64,000 bases of DNA from Eledone cirrhosa (Eukaryota): contig OZ024740.1 in NCBI GenBank assembly GCA_964016885.1, forward strand, positions 441,626,001 through 441,690,000, in the 5' to 3' direction. This document shows, piece after piece, positions 1-11,883 of the stretch. Below the pieces are notes generated by a model. The model saw only the letters and a list, made by a program, of their open reading frames with translations, did no database searches and was not told where the DNA came from. Made by a program: the position numbers and the translations under genes. Position 1 is the stretch's first letter. Each line of letters opens with the position of its first letter.

Positions 1-153
1 ATATATGTGTGTGTATGTGTATATATATATGTATGTATGCGTGTTAGTATGTGTGTATATATACGTGTGTGTGTGTAAGTATATATATATATGTGTATAT
101 ATATATATATATGTGTGTGTTATAAGGATCTAATATATTGGGGAAGTACTTAC

Positions 154-298
154 CTATTATGCTCACCTCAACTCTGCCTGAATCTGGAACCCTGTTGACA
201 TCATCCTCATGGCTAAATTCGAAGTCTATTGTAACAGGTGTTTCCTCGGTGATATTCCTCATAAAGGCACGGTTAAAATACTCTGTAATTCCTTCTGC
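154..298 (-). CDS. TEP/A2M-family exon (AEGITEYFN...RVPDSGRVEVSIIG), last exon in window
   Basis: cag/gtaagt; 145 nt, phase 0 to 1; VPDS-x-R-x-x-VS-x-x-G normally comes just before the thioester domain. Confidence 0.9.
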
Positions 299-792
299 CT
301 GTAAAATATCAATCCGTTAATCAATTAGTCAATCAATCAATATGTGTCCAGTATTCTTTTCAGGGCTTCCGATACTGGTAGGAAGGGTGCTGGAAGGTGT
401 CCTCAATCGAGGGACCTAGTCCGAATGCTTGCAACAATAGAACTAGAAAAACCAAGAGCTATGTCGTGATGATAAATCGGATGACGAATTCACCCCACCA
501 AGTAGGCTACAGAGGGGTTTGAACCCTGAACATAAAGGTTCGGAACAAATAAGGCAAGGTATCTTGACACTCTAGCGAATCTGCCAAACTCGTTTAATAT
601 GTTTAAAGCACTATTATTAAATACTTTGGTGGATAATTGATTGTTACACAATAATAAATGCTGAACATGATATTTCTTGCGTCTATTTATAAAGTACAGT
701 ATTTGTCTGGTTATAAGTCGCGTTGGTGTATTAGACGCACGTTTATTATGAAGATAAACGTTTGGGGAAAATAACTATAGTAGTATTTAGAA

Positions 793-948
793 TATCATAG
801 GCAAACTGCGGCCCGCGAGCCTCATGCCACCCATTTGGCTTTCTTAATGACATGCCTAATTTCAAAATTAACTTAAGTTTTTTTAAAGTGTGGCCCGCCT
901 TATGAACAGCCATGCGACCCACTGCTCGAGAAAGGTTGCCCACACCTG
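793..948. mobile_element. Degenerate hAT (Charlie-like) MITE
   Basis: ends ttgcccacacctg; left end has a decayed ggcaaactgcggccc; flanked by atttagaa/atttagat, a near 8-bp TSD. Confidence 0.55.
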
Positions 949-1199
949 ATTTAGATGTTATAGAATAAAACTTCAACGTGCATTGTTCCAGGTCGACGAG
1001 GGCCAAAACAGTTACTTTGTGCCATGTTTAACAGCGATTATCGTATGTTTACAAATGCTTCCACATCTTTTCATGAAATAAAGTGTTATGTTGTTTTTTT
1101 TAGAAGAAAAATATCAATATAGATAATGCATTACAATAAAATGAAACATGCCTACATAGTTAAATATAATTGTAACTTCGATCTGAAGAAAGAGTGGTG

Positions 1200-1540
1200 A
1201 AGATCATGGAATGAGTCCAAATTTGTCTACCAAGACCTCGTTCAGGACCCCATATCTAAACCAGCTAACTCTGACCTTCCTAGAAAGCAATGGGTGTCCC
1301 TTAATTGGATCTGCACAACACTCTTTAGAACAGCCCATCATCTCCATCGATGGAAAATGAAAGACAGCCCAACATGTGACTGTGGAGACTCTGACCTAAC
1401 AATACTGCATGTTGTTCAGGATTGACCCCCTCAGGCGTTTTCCCGGTGATCTGGAGGAAATCCATAATACAACAAATGACGTCTTAATCTGGCTCACCAC
1501 TAATCTGATTCTCATTGTGCATATGTCATACGACAAGAAG
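1200..1540 (+). mobile_element. RTE-like LINE 3' fragment
   Basis: translation LPRKQWVSLN...HRWKMKDSPTCDCG...TILHVV, ending catacgacaagaag. Confidence 0.65.
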
Positions 1541-1552
1541 TTATTATTAGGC

Positions 1553-2390
1553 TCTGGAAGTCAACGAAGTCGAACTAACCAGTCTGTACCGGAGGACTAT
1601 GGAGCCGGGGACGATGGATAATTTCCAAAAATCCCTCGCTTGGCAGTGCTACTGGGGGGCACTGCCGGTTCGAGATAAACTCTACAGGCACGGAAGTGCT
1701 GTCAGACGGACCTGCCCGAGATGCGCGCAGAGCGACGAAACCGTTCTGCACGCACTCGTCCAGTGTCCGTGCATTACTGACTTGTGGAGTTATGTTTAAC
1801 AGCTGTTGTCGCGTGTAGAAGGGATCCGGCTTTCGGCCGAGTCCATAGTGAAGATCGACCCGCCGCCTTCTTTTGGCTAGGAAGGGCAGGCAATTTTCTT
1901 CTGTCTGGTGGCAGTAGCGAAAGAGGTTGTATGGTGGACGAGGTTGAAAGGACTGAAGACAGACACTTTTCTCTTCGGCCAATCCCGCATCAACTTTTTC
2001 AAGTTTCACTTGGAAAGGAAGGTGAGGGTGGAGAGAGAAGTGCTGCTCCCCAGAACATTTGCTGAAAGGTGGGTGAATGTGGCGAGAATGGCCCGTGTGA
2101 GTGGGTCTACTCTAGTCATGCGGCTGTAGGTAGGTAAATTTGAAGAGGAGAGGGGTGCCCTTCCAGGGTACTCTCCAAGCGTCGGGTCGTTCAGGACTGG
2201 TGGGGTACCTGAGCGAACCCTAGGTAGTCATCCCCCCTATTAGGGAATTTTTTCTTGTAATTTTCTTGTTACTTTATTGTTACTTTGTTATTGTTATTCA
2301 TATTGTTTACTCGATTTTTCTGTAAAACCCCACTGTCCCAGTCTTTTGTATTGACCCCTATATGTCGGCCCTTGTGGCCAATAAATGAAA

Positions 2391-2391
<1 letters not shown>
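1553..2391 (+). mobile_element. L1/Tx1-like LINE 3' fragment (zinc-knuckle C-terminus plus 3' UTR)
   Basis: LAW...GALPVRDKL...CPRC...ETVLHALVQCP; aataaa near 2380; flanked by (TTA)n. Confidence 0.75.
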
Positions 2392-2443
<52 letters not shown>

Positions 2444-2523
2444 TGAAACTTCCTTTGAAATCTGTATCTTTCTCAAATTATGTCGAGGTAATATTTGATG
2501 ATCCACACATTTTACAATCAATT

Positions 2524-5500
2524 GTCATACAAATGATGCCGCAATTATTGTTCTTTGAGTCTCAGTCATTGATGTTAGTTAACTGGAAAGTTTGTTGAAA
2601 TGAATATCAAGCCACTACCTGCAGCCTCAGATATTCAGGACGTATCGGAGGGTTCTTGCTGTTCCCAGCAAGCATGCCTTTTGAAGCGTTCCAAAAAGCG
2701 TGGCGGGGCCAATTTTCTTTAACCATCCCTGGAAACTTTTTGAGATAGTACCTAGTGCGCCTATGACAATCGGGACCACTTTGACTTCATGGCAGTTCCA
2801 AATCCTTTTTACCTCCCACTTTAAGTCCTGGTATCGGTTAATTTTCTCCCTCTCCTTCTCTTGCACTCTCGTGTCGAATGGGCAGGCTACATCTACAATC
2901 AGGCACGATCTTTTTTCCTTGTCCAAAACCACCAGGTCAGGTCTATTGTGTTCCAGTTTCTTGTCCGTCTGTATCCTAAAATCCCGCAGCACCTTCACCT
3001 GATCGTTTTCTATCACCGACTCTGGCTTATGCTCATATCACTTCTCAGAATGTTGTAAATTGTTTACTTTGCATAGGTGCCAGTGGATCACCCTACCCAT
3101 CACATCATGTCTCCAGCCCTTATAGTGAGTCTGGGCTAGGTGTTTACACTCGGATACAATGTGAGCCACAATCTCCTCTCTCTCTCTCCACAGATCCTGC
3201 ACAGTGGGCTAGCCTCCTCCTTGTAAATATGGTGTTTCAACCACTTCGTTTTGAGGGCCTGCTCTTGCGCAGCCATTGGCATTCCTTCTGTAGCCTTTTT
3301 AAGGTCTCCTCTTTTCAACCAGTTCCATGTCTGTGGACCTCTGAATTCAGTTTTCTCAAAGAAGGTACTATGAAGGGATTTTTCATGAAGGCTGCTCTTT
3401 CTCCTTCTTGTTATTTCCTCCTTGGACATCCCCTGGTCTATTGTCCTCTCCTTCGATACAATTCTGAGCATTGGCTCCTTGCTATCAGTCACGTATTTGT
3501 GTAGGTTGTTTTTCTCTATCTGAACACAGTCCTCTATGCTGATAAGACCTGTCCCACCTTCAGATCTCCTTAAGTAGAGTCTATTGACATCACTCCTTTT
3601 GTGGAACATGTTGTAGATAGTCAATAGCTTCCTAGTCTTCCTATCCATTTCTTTTTGTTCAGCACCATTCCATCTCAGAATTCCCGCACTGTACCTAATA
3701 ATAGACACAGCTCGGGAATTTACTGCACTTATGGCATTCCTCCTGTTCAGATGTGACTTTAATACGCCCCTTACTCTCCGAATGTATTCAGATCTTATCA
3801 ATTCCTTCATTTTTTTGTTCTTGATGTCATCAGCCTCCAGAACACCCAAATACTTGTATCCTTCTTCAGTGTCAATTTCCTTTATCATCTCACCTGTTGG
3901 TACCTGGATTCCGTTGCTTCTGCTCAATTTACCCCTCTTCATCACAAGGATTCCACACTTACTAATACCAAATTGCATACATATATCATTGCTGAAAATA
4001 CGGACAGTGTCAACAAGCACATCCAACTCCTTCTCACTCTTCCCGAAGAGCTTCAGATCGTCCATGAAGAGGGGGTGATTGATGGTAAGCTCTCCTTTTC
4101 CCAACTTGTATCCTGCTCTCACTTTTCGCAGTATAATGGTCAGGGGCATCAGGGCAAGGACAAACAACAGAGGGGACAGACTATCTCCCTAGAAGATACC
4201 TCTCTTGATCTTCACGCCTCCCAAGGATTCTCCAGCTGATGTTAACTCTGTTTTCCAGGACTTCATACTTTTGCCCAATAACTGTCTGATGTTATCTGCC
4301 ACCTTGAAGATCTCTAGGCTTTTGGTGATCCAAGAATGAGGCACCATGTCAAATGCCTTTTTGTAGTCTATCCATCCCATGGCAAGACCAGTGAGTCTCA
4401 TCTTGCAATCCTCATTACCATCTTATCAATAAGCAACTGGTACTTTGTACCACGGGACTTCTTTCGGCATCCTTTCTGTTCGTCCGGTAACAAGTTGTTT
4501 GTGTGGAGGTGATGGTAGATTTCCTCAGACACAATGCTTGTCAATAGTTTCCACATTACGGACAGCCATGTGATAGGTCTATAGTTGGTAACATCATTAC
4601 CCTTGATGCGGTCTTTCATTACCAGAACTGTGGTACCTTTTGTCAACCACTCTGGTACCTCACCTGACATCAAGCAGTCATTAAACATGGTTGTCAGTTT
4701 AGGGTGGAGGGATGTTATATTTGTAATCCAATACCCCTGCACACCGTCTGGGCCTGGTGATTTCCAGTTGGTTAGTTTTTTGGCCTGCCCCTTAAGAGTT
4801 TCAACTGTGATACTCAAATCAGTTTGTTGGTGTACCTGTTCACTAATCTCCTTTTGTACTGTCTCAATCCACACTGCCTGGTCATTATGTTTAACATCCT
4901 GCTCCCATATTCCTCTCCAGAATGTCTTAGTTTGTTCCGCCTCAGGGATCAAGTCGTTGCCTCTTTCTTTCCCTTCAAGATGTCCAAACAGCATCTTCTG
5001 GTTGTTGTCAAACATTCGGTTCTGTCTATACTGACTGACTCTGCTCTCGTATCGCCTAATTTTTGCACTCTTTGCTACAATGCGTTGCTTCAGTTCCTCT
5101 ATGATAATATTTAGCATTTTCCTCCTAGTTTTGTACTTTATTTCCAGTCTATTTTTAGTGTCTATGTTTTTTAGTGTCCCATCCAGTAGGGACTCAAGCT
5201 TTCCAATGTCATTTCTCATTTCCCTGATTTGACCATTCAGTCGTTTCTTCCACCAAGGTTCTGATCTTTCTTGTTTGTTGTTTCCTCTCGCTTTTATGCC
5301 AAGTAATTTCCTCACCGCATTTGCTGTTGCTTTGAGGATATTGTTGCACTGGTGAAGGCTCCTCGCCTCAAGGTATGGGATGACTTTGTTTACCTTAGCT
5401 GTTGTTTCTTTTAACTTTTTCCTGTCTACAAATCTTAGGTTCATAGGTTTCCCACTATCATTGTTCAATTCATCTACCACTAAGTTTAGGATATCAACCA

Positions 5501-6153
5501 AATCTTGTCCTAGCCCGTCAGCATTCATCTCCTCAATGGCCGTATCTTTGTCCCAGGTATTATTTATTTCAGCATTCAGATCATTGTCTGCTTCGGATGG
5601 TTCAGCCGTTCTCTCAACCTCTTCACCTTCATTTCTCACTGGCTCGTTTGCCTGGCATACTCCACTCTCCATTTCCAACCTAATCTCTCTGCTCAGTTCC
5701 TCCAGTTCCAGCTCGCTTATCCATCCATTAGTTCTTATTACCCGAGCCTGCCCGGCCAATTTTTGTTCATCTAATTTAAATAGACCAATCTCGTTCCAGA
5801 TGTTATGCATCCGTTTCCTATAGCCTTTCTCCTTGGGGTTACACTTCAGGTAACATTGCATAACAGTTCTATTCAATTATTTCGTCCAGTTGGTTCTGGT
5901 CCCTTTCCTTCTTCTTCTTCCTCCGACACCAGCAGTATTTGGTTGACAGCCAGGTCCCTGCTGCTGAACCAAGAAGCACCTGCTAGGTGAGAGTCTGTCA
6001 CATGACATTCCAGTCTCCACTTCACCGCTATTCGAACTGTTTAGGTTCGACATTTAAACACTCTTATCGAGGATTGGTGAAAGTATGGTTACATAACCAC
6101 CGGTGATTTCATCACCTCCGGTGATGTCATCACCCCCGGTGATTTTAGCCACA
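2524..6153 (-). mobile_element. Near full-length R4/Dong-like non-LTR retrotransposon (RT, CCHC, restriction-like endonuclease), decayed
   Basis: one ORF from ATG 6053 to stop 2627 broken by stops and frameshifts; KSPGPDG, NYRPIT, IDYKKAFD, LFMDD, YKYLG, CRIC, RPDLVV...DVACPFD. Confidence 0.92.
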
Positions 6154-6213
<60 letters not shown>

Positions 6214-6216
<3 letters not shown>

Positions 6217-6487
6217 GTTCTTTGAGTCTAAGTCATTGATGTTAGTTAACTGGAAAGTTTGTTGAAATGAATATCAAGCCACTACCTGCAGCCTCAGATA
6301 TTCAGGACGTATCGGAGGGTTCTTGCTGTTCCCAACAAGCATGCCTTTTGAAGCGTTCCAAAAAGCGTGGCGGGGCCAATTTTCTTTAACAATCCCTGGA
6401 AACCTTTATGAGATAGTACCTAGTGCGCCTATGACAATCGGGACCACTTTGACTTCATGGCAGTTCCAAATCCTTTTTACCTCCCAC

Positions 6488-6490
<3 letters not shown>
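6214..6490 (-). mobile_element. R4/Dong-like 3' end copy
   Basis: near-identical to 2527-2822; (TTA)n on both sides. Confidence 0.88.
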
Positions 6491-6523
<33 letters not shown>

Positions 6524-6534
6524 TTCTTTCATTA

Positions 6535-7020
6535 GTGTTTCTGAGATATATGCCGCGTGTGTTCCTGACACCTAGGGCAAATAAATTCACAGTGTACATT
6601 GGTAAGCCAGTTAATACAGCACATTGATTATAATTTTTAAAAAAAACAGTATACATATATACACATGTGCATATGTAAATACAAGGAGGGATATCAATCT
6701 TACAGAGATAGTGCTCTTCTCAATACGTGTGCAGTACCAGTCAAAACAATTTTTTGCACCTCGTGCAGAGAGGGTAAACCAGGAATCATTCGCAAATATT
6801 GTTCTGTTCCTTTCTTGATCATTCCCAGTCCTCCCACAATCACTGGTATTGTAACAGCATTGAGGTGCCACATTTTCTCAATTTCAATAAGCAGATCTTT
6901 ATATTTTCGTAGCTTGTCAAATTCTTTTGCCGCGATATTGTGATCACATGGGATGCTCATATCTATCAACAAACAGACCTTGTTATGTTGATCTTTTACA
7001 ATGATGTCATGTCTATTTGC
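6535..7020 (-). mobile_element. 3' fragment of a second R4/Dong-like family
   Basis: ANRHDIIV...LIDMSIP...KYKDL...IPVIVGGLG...GTAHVLRR restriction-like endonuclease tail. Confidence 0.8.
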
Positions 7021-7136
7021 TTCGAGGTTAATTTTGCCTTTCATCCTTACGGGGTCGATAAAATAAAGTACCAGTAATACACTGAGTAATTGCTGGCCTT
7101 GTGCCTAAAGTAGAAACAACTATTATTATTATTATT

Positions 7137-8067
7137 ATTGTTCTTTGAGTCTCAGTCATTGATTTTATTTAACTGGAAAGTTTGTTGAAATGAATATCAA
7201 GCCACTACCTGCAGCCTCAGATATTCAGGACGTATCGGAGGGTTCTTGCTGTTCCCAGCAAGCATGCCTTTTGAAGTGTTCCAAAAAGCGGGTCTGGACT
7301 AACTTTCTTTAGCCATCCCTGGAGACTCTTTGAGATAGTACCTAGTGCGCCTATGACAATCGGGACGACTCTGACTTCATGGCAGTTCCAAATTGTTTTT
7401 ACCTCCCACTTTAAGTCTTGGTATCGGTTAATTTTCTCCCTCTCCTTTTCTTGTACTCCCGTGTCGAATGGGCAGGCTACATCTACAATCAGGCACGATC
7501 TTTTTTCCTTGTCCAAAACCACCAGGTCAGGCCTATTGCGTTCCAGTTTCTTATCCGTCTGTATCCTAAAATCCCATAGCACCTTCACCTGATCGTTTTC
7601 TATCACCAACTCTGGCTTATGTTCATACCACTTCTCAGAATGTGGTAAATTGTTTACTTTGCATAGGTGCCAGTGGATCACCCTGCTCATCACATCATGT
7701 CTCCAGCCTTTATAGTGAGTCTGGGCTAGGTGTTTACACTCGGATACAATGTGAGCCACAATCTCCTCTCTCTCTCCACAGATCCTACACAGTGGGCTAG
7801 CCTCCACCTTGTAAATATGGTGTTTCACCCACTTCGTTTTGAGTGCCTGCTCTTGCACAGCCATTAGCATTCCTTCTGTAGCCTTTTTAAGGTCTCCTCT
7901 TTTTAACCAGTTCCATGTCTGTGGATCTCTAGATTCAGTTTTCTCAAAGAAGGTACTATGAAGGGATTTTTCATGAAGGTTAGTCTTCCTCCCTGTTGTT
8001 ATTTCCTCCTTGGACATCCCCTGGTCTATTGTTCTCTCCTTCAGTACAATCCTGAGCATTGGCTCCC
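7137..8067 (-). mobile_element. 5'-truncated R4/Dong-like copy
   Basis: open CCHC plus endonuclease frame; highly similar to 2527-3478; (TTA)n on both sides. Confidence 0.9.
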
Positions 8068-8098
<31 letters not shown>

Positions 8099-8206
8099 GC
8101 CCATTCGATGTGACGGATGCGGTCAGATTTCGACATCAAATGTTGGGGTAATGTGCGTTATAAACCCCTAAAATGGGGTATTTCATGTATAAACAGTAAA
8201 GATTAC

Positions 8207-8335
8207 CTTAACGTGTATATCTTTGTGGACTTCATCAGCTGCATCAGCACTTTCGGCATGAACTTTCATGGTGAGGTAACCGACCTGTTGTGCGCTTACT
8301 TTAAACGTTACTAATTCCTGGTCATGGGATTTTAC
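8207..8335 (-). CDS. TEP/A2M-family exon (VKSHDQELVTF...ADAADEVHKDIHVK)
   Basis: cag/gtaatc; 129 nt, phase 0 to 0; joins next exon to give VKAEG. Confidence 0.88.
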
Positions 8336-8925
8336 CTGAAATAGACGACAAAGGAAATATAATGGAAATTCTGAAATAATAAATACAATATTTGGACCAT
8401 TGTAGTGACTGGGGGAGAGGAGGACAGCAGACGGTCTTCAGAGAAGAACCCCACACTCAAGTGAGTGTTTCGGCCCTTAAGACAATATTTGGACCATACA
8501 GTAGTAACTGTGGGGAGAGATGGGCAGCAGACGGTCTTCAGAGAAGAACCCCCCCCCCCCCACACACACACACACACTCAAGTGAGTATTTCGGCCCTTA
8601 AGACAATATTTGGTAAACAGAAACTGTTTGGAAGCCTATCGTTTGGACTGTACCTGTAATTCAAAGGGGTCAACTTTGTCACACACTGTGCTACGCTGAA
8701 TCTCCCTGAGAATTTCGTTATATATAGAGAGAAAGATAGATATATAGATAGATATAAATGGCTTAGTGAGAGCGTGACTGGAAAGGATGAAAGCAAAGCC
8801 AATATTGGTGGAATTTTAACTGAGAATGTAAATAGACGTAACTAAATAATACAAGACATTTCGTCCGTTGCTCCACCAATTCCACCATTTCACTGCTGCT
8901 TTAATAATTATAGTGACATACTTAC

Positions 8926-8994
8926 CATAACAATATGGGAGTGGGATTCATCCTTGATTTCAAAGGCATCAGAATGCTTGAATGTTACGTTCAC
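8926..8994 (-). CDS. TEP/A2M-family exon (VNVTFKHSDAFEIKDESHSHIVM)
   Basis: tag/gtaagt; 69 nt, phase 0 to 0. Confidence 0.82.
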
Positions 8995-9670
8995 CTAGAA
9001 GGAATAAATTAAAGCAACTGAAATTATTTGGGAATACAACGATAGACACGGGTGTTTTAAGACCATTTTTTATAATAAAACATGGGTTACCCTTGCAGAC
9101 TCCATGTCAGGTTTGACATTCACCATGGGATTCTTTTTGAGACATTCTAATGCTACCAGATCCCTTTGGTGGCACCAACCTCTTTAGTCGCCTCTTACAA
9201 CAGGGATACGGTAACTTCAATATCGATAAATCAATAAGAGAGTCTCTCAGATGAAAACACAAAACATTTTCTTTCTCAATAATTGAACATTTAATCGATC
9301 TGTAGATGTATTTATACATTAGATAAGTGTTGCTTCGAGATCCCGGTGGACAGAACTGAGAATAACTTAAATGCATGTATGATATACATGGTCCCGTACC
9401 ACCTGTAGGGTCACGGTATTGACATATGGTGTATGGTCCCTTACCTCCTGAGAGAGTCGTAGGGTCACCGTATTGACATACAGAGTTTCTAGGGCATTTT
9501 TAAGCCTGGCAGAGCCTAAACCTCTCCAGGTCTGAATACAGGAGATTTCTTCCAGAGAATGATAGAGAATGGAAGTGAGAAAGAGACATAAAGGACGAAT
9601 CTACGCCAGTGCAAAACTGGTACTTTTTTATCAGCCTCGGCTGGATCTCAGTGAACCGAATACCACAAAG

Positions 9671-10165
9671 CATTCTATCTGACGTTCTAACAACTCTACC
9701 ATTCTATCTGACGTTCTAACAACTCTACCATTCTATCTGACGTTCTAACAACTCTACCATTCTATCTGACGTTCTAACAACTCTACCACTCTATCTGACG
9801 TTCTAACAACTCTATCATTCTATCTGACGTTCCAACAACTCTATCATTCTATCTGACGTTCTAACAACTCTACCATTCTATCTGACGTTCTAAGCACTCT
9901 ACCATTCTATCTGACGTTCTAACAACTCTATCATTCTATCTGACGTTCTAACAACTCTACCATTCTATCTGACGTTCTAACAACTCTACCACTCTATCTG
10001 ACGTTCTAAGCACTCTACGATTCTATCTGACGTTCTAACAACTCTACCATTCTATCTGACGTTCTAACAACTCTACCATTCTATCTGACGTTCTAACAAC
10101 TCTACCATTCTATCTGACGTTCTAACAACTCTGCCATTTTATCTGACGTTCTAACAACTCTACCA
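9671..10165. repeat. 29-bp minisatellite, about 17 copies (cattctatctgacgttctaacaactctac)
   Basis: direct tandem units without spacers. Confidence 0.95.
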
Positions 10166-10571
10166 ATTCGGCACTTAATAATTTAAATATAGTAACAGGG
10201 CGTTATTTTATTTGAAAGGTAGTTAAAACATGGTTGCCTCCTTAGAATTTGTTTTCAGTCAATTATACTGTACATACGTATGAAATGTGATTGTAATTCT
10301 TTTTAACAATTTCTCTTTGTCATTTGCCTTAATTTTTGGGGCTTTTACAGAGAATTTCTCGAACATTAAATATACTAAGCCGTATATACAAAAACCCAAT
10401 ATCTTGTTACATTTACCCAGACATACATGTGTCATATGGTCATAAGCAAGTTCTTATTTAAATGTTTATATTATTTTGATATAAATCAATATTTTAATAA
10501 GAAATCAATATCTTTACATATAACTAATTGATTATGCACGACATATGTATAGAGAATCATAGAATACGTAC

Positions 10572-10685
10572 TTGTTGGTCAGTCTTCAGATAATTGAATA
10601 CAGATATCTTCAGAATAAAAGATTCACTTCTAATAATTGAAAGTGGATAATCCATGTTGATGAAGAATGGTTGGAACGAATAGAA
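10572..10685 (-). CDS. TEP/A2M-family exon (FYSFQPFFINMDYPLSIIRSESFILKISVFNYLKTDQQ)
   Basis: cag/gtacgt; 114 nt, phase 0 to 0; FQPFF...P-x-S-x-x-R-x-E...VFNY motif of MG7. Confidence 0.95.
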
Positions 10686-11401
10686 CTGCAAAGAAAAATG
10701 TTGAGAAAATGATAAGTTCAGTGTAATATACTAATACAGATTAAACCTCTCTTCTGAGAAGGCCGGATTGTTGACGGGTTAATCGCCTTGTTCCATCTAA
10801 ATAAACTGGAGGAGCAGAAAATAAAGTGTCATACTAAAGATTCACAATGTGTTACCAGGAGTCATATTCACGACCTTACGATCGTAAACCGAACACCCTA
10901 ACCACTAAATCACTTCTATCACTATATATATATATGTGTGTGTATGGACTTATATATTCAAGAATAAACAAGTCAAACATAGAGATGCAAAAGCAAAGAC
11001 TTATATTAGTTTCACGCTTAGGAAGAAGTCAATGGAAGTTTCGACGTGTCGGACAGACGTCTTTCTTCAGGAAATGGAGAGTTCGGAGAAAGAGTGAGAG
11101 AGGTTGGAACATCGTAGTTTGAAAAGTAGTTTCATGAAACTGGGGTAGGTTAGGTGAGTAGTCCGGCGTGTGGTGATGGGGGCCGAGGTGTGGCATGGGG
11201 GTTATGCGTGTGTATCATTGCTTCTGAGTGTGTGTGTTGTTGATTAAAGTACGCGTAAGTGTGTTTGAATACTCTGTGTAATTGTTGTGTGTGTACATGT
11301 ATGAGTGTGTATGTGTATATATACAGGTATGTGTCTGAATTCTTTGAATTGTTTGTGTGAGTGTTCATGTATACACGTGTATATCTGAATTCTCTCTCAC
11401 T

Positions 11402-11494
<93 letters not shown>

Positions 11495-11571
11495 TTAAAA
11501 GAATAGAGATGTAACACACGAGTTATGATATATTGGTAAAAGGAAAAGAAAAAGTTTTTCTTTTCCTTTTA

Positions 11572-11877
<306 letters not shown>

Positions 11878-11883
<6 letters not shown>

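Noticed and set aside
9671-10165. CRISPR-like 29-bp repeats (also the 44-bp repeats at 57535-57744)
   Set aside because: Units are contiguous with no unique spacers, there are no cas genes, and the context is eukaryotic.
11030-11075. Minus-strand CUGAAGA...GACGU/ACGUC GAAA
   Set aside because: Stem III and stem I do not form; at best a decayed HHR.
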